A stretch of 64,000 nt of DNA from Macrostomum lignano (lineage: Eukaryota): positions 558,001 through 622,000 of the forward strand of contig NIVC01000175.1 of assembly GCA_002269645.1 (NCBI GenBank), read 5' to 3'. Under the pieces are notes generated by a model. The model was not told where the DNA came from and did no database searches. It worked only from the letters and a program-made list of their open reading frames with translations. Both the position numbers and the translations under genes were made by a program. Shown here piece after piece: positions 1-20,035 of this stretch (position 1 is its first letter; each line of letters begins with the position of its first letter).

Positions 1-200
1 GCAGTTTTTTGTACTTTTAGGTAGGAAGACTTGAGTCTAGGAAATTTAAAGGTAGCCTAAGACATTCTCCGTAGTAAGTTTAGGGTGGGTGTAAAGTTTG
101 GTGTAATTTGGTTGAGTGGTTTGGGAGTCCATAGCGATCAAAATTGTCCACACACACACACACACACACAGAGTTTTGATTTTTATATGTAGAGATTACC
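1..200 (-). repeat. Interspersed repeat with internal (CA)n, Helentron/DINE-like; inverted copy at ~45640-45845
   Basis: Bases 1-200 are the near-exact reverse complement of ~45645-45845, including the (CA/TG)n tract. The family assignment is inference only. Confidence 0.7.
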
Positions 201-371
201 AATAAAGCAAAAAATCTATCAAATTATTTGCAAAAAATGGGTTTATTATGCAATTTAAAAGATCATTTAATATTGCAATAATAATATAGTTTTGAAAATA
301 GACATGTTGTAAACACTTTTTAACATACATTTGATAACTAAGCATATTTAATTTTTGTTTGGGTATACATC

Positions 372-907
372 CTATAGTTCGGAACACCCTGAATGTATGC
401 CGGACTAAAATCTCTCACAATATTTTTGGTATGCTAGTGTACGCCAAATTTTACGACAATGAATTATTTTGTTTTTAAATTGTGTAAAATAACATTTTTA
501 ACTGATAATTTGGTTAATACTTTTGCTTTTTTGCTGATATTATTTATAGCGAAAACCTAATACACGCAAAGATTTGTTTAAATTTTTTATTATGAGCTTT
601 AAAAACCCGGAAACTTAAAACTGCTTAAAAATAAACTCGTTATTTTATTTTATTTTTTATTTTTATTTTATTACTGTTCACAAACTCTTCCATATGATTC
701 TATTAACTGCATGCACACTATTTTCTTAGACTATTTGATTTGATTCCGCAACTGCAGGAACATGTACGCTACTTTTTGAATATACATTTTATATGCCAGA
801 TAGTACGCCAGATTTCAAAAAGTAAAAAATTGTACGCCAAGTGTACACCAAAAGTTGTGAATGTACGCCGGATAAATCCGGCATACCACCCTTCTTCCAG
901 ACTATGG
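372..907. mobile_element. hAT-like MITE (~536 bp)
   Basis: Perfect 8-bp TSD TATACATC at 364-371 and 908-915. Imperfect TIRs; the right end CAGACTATGG resembles the termini of the 45193-51115 element. Confidence 0.7.
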
Positions 908-3675
908 TATACATCTAGCATGATCCAGACTAGTTTGTATATCAATACAAAAAATTGTTATTTGACTATTTACTTAGGCCTACTATACTATTATGTCAAG
1001 ATATATCCAGGCTTCTTGAAGTTTATGTTGATAAAATAGTTGCAATTTTGATAGGATCATAATTCTGTCTCTATAAAGGTTTTTGATGGTGCTGATTTTA
1101 AATTTGAGCTTCATTTTTTGGTAGCTTTAACCCAATTATATGTTGCTTAAAGCCACAAATATCTAATATCTAATATCTAATAGCTTTTTAGATATTATTA
1201 TTAATATTAATCTTTTATTGGCCTAATGAAGTTCTAGCATATGTGCTACTATATTAAAAGTCTAGTGGATACATTTTCAAAAATGTATTTGTAGAAACTT
1301 TTGCTTACTGAACCTCATTAAATGAATAGGAAATTGAGTAAATTGTGATTGAGTACAGGTAACTTTCTGCTGTTTTATTTGCATTTTTGAGATTTTCGGT
1401 GTCCCAAAAGTGTCTACCGCAAGTTTTAGAAAAATCGGAAAATTGGAAGTATTTTATCAACATAAACTTCAAGAAGCCCATATATCCTAGTATGCATTAA
1501 AATATTTAGACCTTTGTTATACATTAGGAAATCTTGGTATACATGTGTTGCCTTTTGAACTATGGGTATTTAGCTTAAAAATAATAAGAGAAATCAAATA
1601 ATAGAAAGACTTATAAGACTTAGATTATAGGCCTATTTATGTCTAACAAAAATGGTATTACAAAACTTCACATAGGTATACAATAAAGATTGTACAATAG
1701 TATAACCTCTAGTTTAAGTACACACAAGCTAAAAAGTGAAGAAGATCTATTCTATTGTAATATTTTTATATTTTATTCTTTTATATACAAGGTTGAACAT
1801 TGAATTAGGGCCTACAATACAAAAAAACAAATTAATTATAATCTAAATATACTAAATTGTTAATTTAGTGTTTTTTATCTGTCTGTCTATTGTTAATTTT
1901 TTTCAAGAACCATCTGGCTAAGTTTTTTTTCAAATTAGCTTTAAAAAATCTCTATTTTTGGGGGCTAATGGCAAAGTGTAGGCCTAACTCATTTGATAAA
2001 AAATTTAAATAGGATCTATTATTTTAAAAAAGTTCAAAGAGAAATTGTCCATTGGCAAATAGAGTGGCAACTTTTCAATGTTGCGAAGTTCACACAAAAT
2101 TTTGAACAATATAATCAATGTGGACATAGGTCACATATTCGAAAAAAACTATTTTTTCATGCTTTCAATGTTTGAATTTTTAATTTGAATGCTCCCCTCC
2201 CTGGCCTGGGGACTTAATGCGCTAGTTTAAAACTAACTTTATAGATAGCTCATTTTGCCATTTATTATTTTTGCTGCAGATTCCTTAGTTACTATGCTAT
2301 TATTATTTTCCGATTCCATTGCAGATTCTGCCTTTCACTGGTTAGGCCTACCTGCTATCTATACCAATTAGTGACTTTGTCAACCATTTGAGAAAAGGCC
2401 AATTAATAAAATCACTAGCACCCAAATTTTCTAGCATAAAGGCTATTTACTTTCTACGTTTCTAGACTTCGCAACACCAGGATTTACAAGCTCGTTTGGG
2501 GTAACTACGTTTACTGAAAAAAAAACAGAAAATGATTATTAGTAACTTTGAACCTAAATAATTGCGTCAAACCAGTTTAAAAACATTTAAGATATAACAA
2601 ATTTAAAAAATGCGTTTAGCTTTCAAATGTAAAAAGGTATATTTGCTTACTTTTTAAAATAACTAATGTAATAAACCGCTTTCAAGATTGTGTTAAATTT
2701 AAAAAAAAATATAATTCAATAAACCCGTCGTGTTATAAACTATTCTGTTTGAACAATAACAAAAACAAAGAACTGCGCATATGTAATGAGGGTTTGCCTG
2801 CGACATGTTACTTAGGGGATCAATATCACGAAGGAATAATTACATGTATACTTAAAGATGGTAAATCTCGAAGGAATACATTTACTGTAATGTAATGTTC
2901 TACTGTACTGCTTACAAAGTTTGCGTATTTAATTTAAGTACATGTAACATGTAAAATGCTAAGAAAGTACGACCAAAGAAGAAAATTACATATACATCGT
3001 GACTGTAATTTTGGAGGTTCAACTTTGAATTCAAGGTTGAAGGCTCAATTTCAGAAAAAAACTGATAAATATTGTTCCTAAATGTATTGGCCATGGAAGA
3101 ACGAGCACGACTTCATATACATGTACATGTACATTTGGTCCAATTAAGTTTGAAAAACCGGCGGATTGCTATGGCGACGTCGCGGAACGTTGACGTCAAC
3201 AGCCATAAATCAAGGTTAATAGACTTGCTCTGTCATAAACTTGATCGGGAGCCGTACATTGTGTAAAAAATATCACCCTAAATATATTAATTAATGCATG
3301 CATATATGTACGTATACATGTACATGTACGTAGTAATGTTTACAAGTGTCTGTGCATCATGTATGTAAGGAAAAAGCTTTGCTGAAGCAAACACGTGCAT
3401 CTAACAATGCAATTTGGAATCTCGATTAAGTTGATAGAAATATATTGATCATGTACATGTACTATGTGCATTTAATTAATTTTATCGTTCGAGTTGCTTC
3501 ACTTTTTTCATTATTACATGCAGATCGTCTGTTTTTAATGAAATAAAACGAATTGTCTCTCCTTAAGTTAAGTTATTAAGTTATTCATCCTTAATTCAAT
3601 TTGCATACTGAATCTTTCTTGTCAATGATATAGCGTTAATTTGCATGCAGTTTCAATAATGACGTTGACGATTAA

Positions 3676-5485
3676 TCAATTAAAAAGCGGGCTCATGGCG
3701 ACCCAGTTGAAATCATAAACCGACGGGAGTCCAGCGTGGCTCACGTTTGGGAATTGACTCCACGCGAACGGCGACAGCGGGTGGCCTGCGCTGCCTCGAG
3801 ATGGCCCGCTGATGGCATAGCTTGTCAGATGCTTGGCCAACTGGAACTCCGTGAACTTCGTGTCGTAGCAACCAAAGGCGCCGGCATCAGAGCCCTTCCT
3901 CAGGTCGCCCCGACAGCAGATGCTGTTGCACGCGTCGCCCTCGGAGTACGGATCGTCGGCGAACTCGTTGAAGCGAAGGACGGCCGCCATGCCGGCTGCG
4001 TCGAAGACTCGAGGTGCCTCCCGGCGGAAGATTTTCGCTCGAGGCGCCATCTGGTAGGAGAAGTCCAGGCCGCGCTGCTTCACCACATCCGGGTAGCCGC
4101 TCAGGTTGTAGACCGTCTCGTGGAACGGCACGTTATAGGAAGGGAAATAGCCGGTGCGCAGCAGGCCCGTCTGATCCGAAGACACCACCAGAGTCGGGAT
4201 CTGCTCCACGACAGTCAGCGCTCCGTCATCGATGGACGCGTTTGGTCGGATTTTGCGTAGATCGATCACCATGTACTGATTGTTGTAGGTCCCGGAGTTC
4301 TGCTGAGTCATCACCCACGCCCAGTGGCTTCCATTCCTCGCAATCTGATTGGCCACTCGAACCCGTTGCCATGCCAACAGGCTCTGAGGCTTCCGTTTTG
4401 TACAGACTCACATTGAACACGCTGTTCGTAGTCTGCAGCATTACCATTCCGCTGTCGAGGATATAAAAGTCGTCCAGCGATTCTAGAAAACCGGGATAGC
4501 TTGAGAAGGAAATCAAAGGGCTGGACAAGTCTTTGTCGTTCAACTTGAGGAGGTAATTCTTGAAAATTCGAAGCGCTGCAGCATAAACAAACCAACTGGA
4601 GTGTCCCATAAAAATCTTTTCGAGGCCAGGAGTCACCCGAATCAAAGCGGAACAGTGCCCTGCTTTCTGGAAGAAAGTCGTGAACTCTGACTGCGACATC
4701 CTCATAAAGTGATCTTCCTTCGTGTTGTTCAACGCCGTCTGCAGGTCCAGCATGTCTCCAACTGCATTGAGCAGGTGCAGTACAAACGGATCCCGAACCA
4801 CGGTGTCATTCCTAGCCAAGTAGCCATCGATGAGTCCTTGGAGCTGAGCCAGAACAAAGCCGGTGTGCCTCGCCACCGCCGACTGCGGATTCGCCGCGGC
4901 AAACTGCCGTCCCCATTGAAATTGTCGAGTTAGAAACTGTCGAACTTTGGGTAGCAACACTTTCCTGCTTTGCTCAGTGCCGAAAAAGTTGGCCATCATG
5001 TTAGTGTACATGAGAGCGATGCGATCGGCAGTGAGGTAGCCCTCCACCAGGCCTGCTGCATACATCGAGGCCGTGTCATTCCTCAAAGCAGCGTCAGTTC
5101 CACTAATGACGTCGAGAATGTCCCAGCCCGTTTTGTTAAGCGTCTTAGCCAAAGATCCGTAGGCTACAGAATTTGGCGCCCAAGTGTTTGGCATAATTTT
5201 GAACTTGCCGTTCTTGTAAACGATGCTAGCTTTCACAAGGGCGTCCCGACCGTTTGGAGGTGGTGTAACCCATGGCGGGTAGTTGCGGCTCTTTGTTGGC
5301 TCTTGGATAGTCGGCTTATGAGTCAGCTGGTCCATCTGCCAGACGGTGTTTCTTTGCTTCGGCCAGCGAAGCCTCAACGATCGGTCACCACGATTGTCAT
5401 GCTCAACAACCGCTGAAGTTGTGAACTCGGTGAAGCCAGCAATTAGCAGAGCTGCTAGAAGAACAAAGGACAACGTTGATTGCAT
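3676..5485 (-). CDS. PLBD1: Phospholipase B-like 1 (Ntn-hydrolase), intronless, one frameshift at ~4393-4399
   Basis: Signal peptide MQSTLSFVLLAALLIAG; catalytic GHCSALIRV; GHSSWFVY; SYPGFLESLDDFY; LAWQRVRVAN; NSGTYNNQYM; SYNVPF; APRAKIFRR; DPYS..CNSICCRGDL. ORFs 4226-5485 and 3676-4377 join via a frameshift in TAC AAA ACG G AAG CCT CAG. Confidence 0.92.
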
Positions 5486-6159
5486 TGCGTGTTTGCAGTT
5501 TTACGTTCGTATAACTTGGTTGTCCGTTGGTGCAACAGAAACGCTTTCTTCTCAGCTTTATCTTTCGTTTGACTAAGCCGTTTTTGCTTATATAAACTGC
5601 ATACATGGAAGTTGCAGTCTGAAAATGATATCGAAATAAACGGTTTGCGTTCAAATCTAAAACCTGTTGCTTTTGTGCTTTTAATGTACGAATCGAAATT
5701 CAGCAGGCTGTGTATACAGATGCGTTATCTATGCGAATTCAACTACGAGTGTACGCTCCTGTAAGTCCACCGAGGTATATGACAATACATGTGCATGTAG
5801 AAGTGTATATCGCAGTTCACATACTTTAAAAATCTATGCAAATGACATACTTCGAAAGTTCGAAAGTTGCAGATAAACAGAAACAGTTTTTATCACACCC
5901 AGAAGGACGTTCGTCGAATAAAAACGACATGTACGAGCTAAAAGGAAAATTTGAGGTTCAAAGACTAAAGTCATGCCTGTGTGATAAACAAAGTTTTCAA
6001 GCAGATATCTGACTAGATTAAGATTTCAGTTTAACTTCTAACTTAAAAAAATTTAACTTCAACTAGCACATAAATTAACAGGCTTACGTTAAGTTAGGGG
6101 TTAGCAATTTTTTACAAAAGGGTCAGAGAGACAACCTAGCGCATGACTGTGCATGGGCC

Positions 6160-6897
6160 AGAGAAGGGTGAGAGAGAAGATGAGAAGAGAAAAGGAAGGG
6201 GGAGAGAAGAGGAGAGAGGAGAGGAGGGAAGGGAGACGAAAAGAGAGAAGGGAGGAGGAGAGGAGAGCAAAGAAAGGAAGGAAGCAGGGGAGAGAGAAGA
6301 GAAGAGAGAGAGAAGAGGAGAGAAAGGAGAGGAGAAGAGAGAGAAGAGAGAAACGAGGGAGGGAGAGAAGGGGGATAGGAGAGAGAAGAAAGGAGGAGAG
6401 GAGGTGAATAGGAGAGGAGGGAAGAGAGAAGAAGAGAGGTGGGGAGAGAGAAGAGGAGAGGAGGGGAGAGAGGAGAGGAGAGGTGGGGAGAAAGAAGAGG
6501 AGAGGTGGGGGAGAGAGAAGAGGAGAGGAGGGGAGAGAGAAGAGGAGAGGTGGGAGAGAGAAGAGGAGAGGAGGGGAGAGAGGAGAGGAGAGGTGGGGAG
6601 AGAGAAGAGGAGAGGTGGGGAGAGAGAAGAGGAGAGGAGGGGAGAGAGAAGAGGAGAGGAGGGGAGAGAGAAGAGGACGGGAGGGGAGAGAGGAGAGGAG
6701 AGGAGGGGAGAGAGTAGAGGAGAGAATGGAGGGAAGGTAGAGAGCAGAGGAGATATGAGGAGGGGAGAGAGGAGAGGAGAGGAGGAAGAGAGAGGAGGGG
6801 AGAGAGTAGAGGAGAGAATGGAGGGAAGGTAGAGAGCAGAGGAGACATGAGGAGGGGAGAGAGGAGAGGAGAGGAGAGAAAAGAGAAGAGAGAGGAG
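6160..6897. repeat. GA-rich polypurine tract
   Basis: Almost exclusively G/A with GAGAG/AGGAG subrepeats; the ORFs here are low-complexity artefacts. Confidence 0.9.
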
Positions 6898-7996
6898 ATC
6901 AGACAGCCGGGATCGAGCTCAGAATAGAGCTAAGAAGAGACACAGACCTTGAGCTGGCCGGATCGCTATTGTGAAGTTTCAAAGGACCAGTGAGATCAGG
7001 GGCGGACAGAAAGGCGTTGCGTGCCGCATGTGGTTGCCAACGGACCGGAGTTTGCGGACCCAGCATTAAATGTACACCCTGATTTTCCCAAAAAGACAGT
7101 ATTGTAGCAGCCATTTCCAACACGGATACTGTAAAATTGAGTTACTGTAGTCGAAGTGATCGGTAGGTATAATTTATTCTCACCTAAGATACCGATAAAA
7201 ATCACTTCGATAACTAAACCGGTATTCAGAAGCCTCCTGAGTAGAAGTTCGGGGTTCAGGGTCGAGATACCGGGTCATGGAGCACTTTATAACAGAACAG
7301 ATGTGCACAAAAATATTTTTATTACTCTTGGTGTCTGATTACCTGACAGTTCTTGCACGTCAGGGGTTTCAGTTTCGAATTGGTCCCGAAAAAATTTTTT
7401 GATGTATAATTTGCAAGTTTATTTAAACAAAAAAATCAATTTGTTAGCTCAGACTGTAAATTTGTGTTAGATAATACAATACGATTAGCATGACAATAAG
7501 GGTGACACATGTAAATAGTGAAAATTAACATTCGAAAATACTAGTAAGTGCACTGCAAGTTAAATAACAACAAATACATAACAAATACATCTAATTGTCT
7601 AGTAGCGCGTTAAATTAATGCACTTTATTAACCTTTTTATTTTTTATAACAGTTTTTAAGTTTCATAATCCCGTAAGTTGTGCAACCGCGCGCATTTTAC
7701 AGTATTGAAAAATTCAAATTCGTGCCAAAATTGACTAACTGCAATAGTAGCACCTGGCGTTAGAATTTCTCCTTAAGTTCAAATTAAAGTTTTAAGAACT
7801 TGAATTTTAGGTGACTAACAAGCGGAAAAAACTTTTGTTAAATTAAAGTGTACATTTCGACACAAATTAAATTGACAAATACTTTGAATTGTTTACTGTT
7901 TCATAAAGTCAAGTGTGACTAAATTAAAGTTTTGTATGTCATTTCGGTAGGTCAGGAATATCAATTTTAAGTGAGAGATTTCTGCATGAACTTCTT

Positions 7997-15755
<7,759 letters not shown>

Positions 15756-16848
15756 ATCCAAAAATGGTAGCTACTCGTAGCTGTTGCTTAGGCTGAGTTG
15801 ATACTAGAAGCTCAACAAAAACACACCATGCACAGCTTGCGTTTGCTTATGGCGTTGTGGTTAGAAGCTGATATTTTATATACTATATAAGTTGAATTTC
15901 GGCGGACCCCACAGCTGTCCGCACGAACTGGCATGCCAAAGTAAGAATTTTTGTCTTATACAGAAATATAAATTGACAAAAAAAACTGAATGTTAACCTG
16001 CGGCAAGAAAGAATGAATGAAATGGAAGGCTCCGACAGACGGAAAGAAAGAGAGAGAGAGACTGGAAGAATGTCAACAAAAATCTCTGCTTCCATATGCT
16101 CATAAATATAGTTTTAGCTATTTTCAGAAACTTTACACACTGCACAGTAATTCAAGGAGTCCTTGCACTCAGCATCTGGGGTGGAAGCCCACAAATTGAT
16201 ATATCGTTAATCTTGTGGTATAGCCGCGTGGGGTAACGCTAATTTATTGTACTTTAACAATAGTGTAGTCAGGGAGGTAGGTAGTCTTGATGATGGCGCC
16301 CCTGTTGTTGGCGCCTCTGCTGCTAGAACCTTCAAATGAAATGGCGCCCCGCTCAGATAAAATGGCGCCCATCAAAGGAAATGGCGCCCCAAAGACGCAC
16401 CACCAATAATAACCAAGTGAACAGACTATTGTTTTTTAGATTTGGCCGACAAATATTTTAGGCAGCAGTTAATGTTACAATTCCAGATATTTTTGCATCT
16501 GGAATTCTTTGAACGGAGAGTGTCATGAGGCCGGGAGGAGGTGAAACAGTGGTTAGCTTGCTAGAATGCAAGGTAATTGAAAGAGAAAGATTAAATTCTA
16601 CATTAGAATGTCTGACTGTGTCTGACTGTGTATGGCAGTGCAGTATTTACATAATGCTCTCTGCCACAATCAAACAATAAGCCATTTTTTGTCCAGTTGG
16701 TGTGCACAAAAAGTTTCACCTATGTTAAAGAGCTACAAGCTTCCAAACTACGTTTCAGGCAACTTCACGACCAGTTCTTGTGGCCCGAAGGACTGGTACT
16801 TGATGACCCCGTACACACCGTATATTAGTCCCTAACAAAGCAGCTATG

Positions 16849-17293
<445 letters not shown>

Positions 17294-17846
17294 GATTGAA
17301 TCTGTCTATTTACTCAATGATGCTATCGATGAATAAATAATGAACTGGAGTGCCTGTGCGGTGGCGCCATAACCCTCTGCAGATGCACAGATATGAGCAG
17401 CAGAATTAGCAGTATAGCTAATTAGCAGCAGAAGGGTTCGCGTTTTATGGTAGAATCTTATGCGAGCAATAATTGGAATACAAATATATCTATTGTTTGT
17501 TTGAGTGGGAGCCTCATGCGTCTGATAATCAATTATTTTTTTGCAACCCAGTGACATTTTTTGTCAGCCAGAGGCATGTGATGGAGACTAGCCACGGCAG
17601 CTGTAAAATATTTTAGGCGGCGGTTGAGGTTGTACTGTCTTGTTGGACTGCGTTGGCTTGGTGATGACAGCTAAGTCTGGAGGAGCTCCCATCTCCCAGC
17701 CCCATCCTTCATCATGGATTGGCTGCAGCCTGCGCTCCTAACGGCATAAATGCAGGTTTGCCTGCTTCCCATCAGGTCTCCCATCTCCCCGCAAACAATC
17801 TATCTAGCTAAAATTCACAGCTTAAAAACTTACAATCTTGTTGAAT

Positions 17847-20035
17847 ATGAAATTCTCGGTCATTTTGGCGATTGTGCTGATATGCGGTGAGTAAGCTCCA
17901 TTCGATCCATTTGCCTTCCTCTGTGGCTTACTGCAATCGTGGCTCACTTATTGGACGGCTATAGGTAAATATATCGATGTGGACTGTCCATAAATCTTTG
18001 CTCAACTTTTAGTGACGGACGCTGTGGGCAGCAAACGCTTCAATCGATTCGTCACCAGCGGCTCCGTTGAGCTGAGTGACTCTGTGAGTAGCTTGTTCGT
18101 CGAGACCGAAGTCGCTCGGGAAAGTCAGTGCCTGCTGCTGTGCCAGCTCCGCGGCTGCGCTGTCGCCGAGCTGAACAAGACCGCCAGAGTCTGTCGGGCA
18201 GTCAGCCTCAGCAATGAGTCATCGGGGCAGCCCGCCGGCCCAAACGGAAGTCACGTGACGAGACAGCTCGGCTCGCCCGATGACAGCGCTGTGACTTTGT
18301 GGAAAGCGGAAGAATTTGAGCAATACCTGATGAGTTTACCGTCAGCTGGACACTTGCTTAAAAGTGAGTCAAGAGATATGAGAATGTCTGCAAAAATCGT
18401 GACACACAAAGCTTCATCAGTTATAATGGACATTGCATGAACCCCTGCAGACAGCAGCTCGGGCAGAAACGGATCGATCGAAACCTTCACGGCTCCCGCT
18501 AGCGGCTGCTACCTGATCGAGGCTGCCGGAGCCAGAGGAGGCAACAACACCCTCACGAACACCACCGGAGGCCAGGGAGCCCAGGTGAGCGCCAGAGTCA
18601 ACCTGACAGCCGGAACCCAGCTGAGCATCGTGGTGGGCCAGATGGGCGGCTCGACCTCCCTGAGCAGCGAAGGAGGCGGCGGAGGCGGCGGCAGCTTCGT
18701 GTTCCGGACGAACGACCATCTGCTGCTGCTGGCTGCTGGCGGGGGCGGTGGCGCCACTCTGTGGAAAAATGGTGAGATGTCACGCTTGCAGCTAACGGCA
18801 CAGCAGATGCAATGGTACCTGCATTCAATACGGCAATAGTTAGTACGCCACAACTGTAAATCCTTAGCAGTTAGCTCGTATGCTTACTAATTATCCTGAG
18901 TAGTATGTATTGATTTCAATGAAGAACACTGCTAAGGCCACTCATCGTTGTTCAGGATGAGCGGCATGGACTACTTAAGTAGAAGGACGCGACACGCGCA
19001 AAAGTGCAAATTTTATTGGAGGCTGATTATTCAATCTTATGTGGCCCGGCTCCAGAAACTCGCCAAAGTGTAGTTTTTTTTTCACAGGATGCAAATAATT
19101 TAGTCCTCATTCATGTAAGACTTGTAATGTATGGTTTACACGATGCAGAAATCTTAGAAATTAGTTAAAGTCTAATTTAAAATAGGCCTAATACAATAAT
19201 AGACGTAAAATATTTCTAAACAATACTAAGCTAGACGGAAAAATATATTGATAAAAAACTTTGAAATATTACAATAGATACAAACATCACAGTGAAAAAG
19301 GATCTGCATCAAATTTTAAGATTATTTCAATGCCTGCACGCAAAGGGAAGTTCAGCCTAAAAAAAAACGACACGAATCGTGCGTCTCGCATCCTATATAA
19401 AAGATAAGTACGTAGTCCGTGATGAGCGGCTGCTAATGGCCGTATTTGATGCCGTTTAGAGACAATAATGGAAAAAGCAACAAAAAGTGGCAACCGCGTA
19501 TTCTTGAGACATCTAAGCTTGTTTAAACTTTTTGGAACTCTGCGCAGGACGGCCGGGAGAAGTCGGCGTCAACGCTTCCGATAGCATCGGATCTGACTAT
19601 TCCGCTACGGGATTCGGTGGCAGCAACGGACAGCCGGGCTTCAACGATCCAAGCGGCACGCGGAGCGACACCAACCACGGTGGCTGCGGCGCCGGCTGGC
19701 TCGGCAGGGCCGTCAACCCGAGGCGCAGCTCCGACGATGGCGAGCGAGGTGGCGGTCCAGCCGAAGGCTTCGTCGGCGGCAGCGCCGGTGGTGGCAGCGC
19801 TTGCGACGGCGGCTTCGGCGGCGGCGGCGGAGGCGGCTGCATGTGCGGCAGCAAAAATGGAGCCCCGGGCGCTGGCGGCGGCTTCAGCGGCGGCGGGGCC
19901 GGGGTCGGCTACGGGCACATCGGCGGCGGCGGCGGCTCCTTCTGCCTCGGGGGCTGCGTCTCCGGAACCGTCTCGACTGGCGACCAGGGCTTCGCGTCCA
20001 TCCGGTTGGAGTCCGCGTCCGGTAGCTGCGGCTGA
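17847..20035 (+). CDS. Secreted protein: signal peptide + PAN/apple-like domain + ALK/LTK-type glycine-rich domain; no TM or kinase
   Basis: Exons 17847-17886 (MKFSVILAIVLIC), 18013-18363 (C..LC....C......C..C PAN-like spacing), 18451-18771 (ETFTAPASGCYLIEAAGARGG..LSIVVGQMG..GGGGGGSFV..LLLAAGGGGG) and 19548-20035 (GGCGAGW..GGFGGGGGG..GGGFSGG..GGGGGSF, then stop). All three introns are phase-1 GT-AG. The exon 2 donor is the least certain junction. Confidence 0.78.

Noticed and set aside
3736-4466. Plus-strand ORFs overlapping PLBD1
   Set aside because: Antisense shadows of GC-rich coding sequence; the same applies to shadows over the glycine-rich gene, ARPC2 and ENaC.
6123-6848. R/E/G-rich and L/S/P-rich ORFs (also 46784-49849)
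   Set aside because: Polypurine/polypyrimidine low-complexity tracts.
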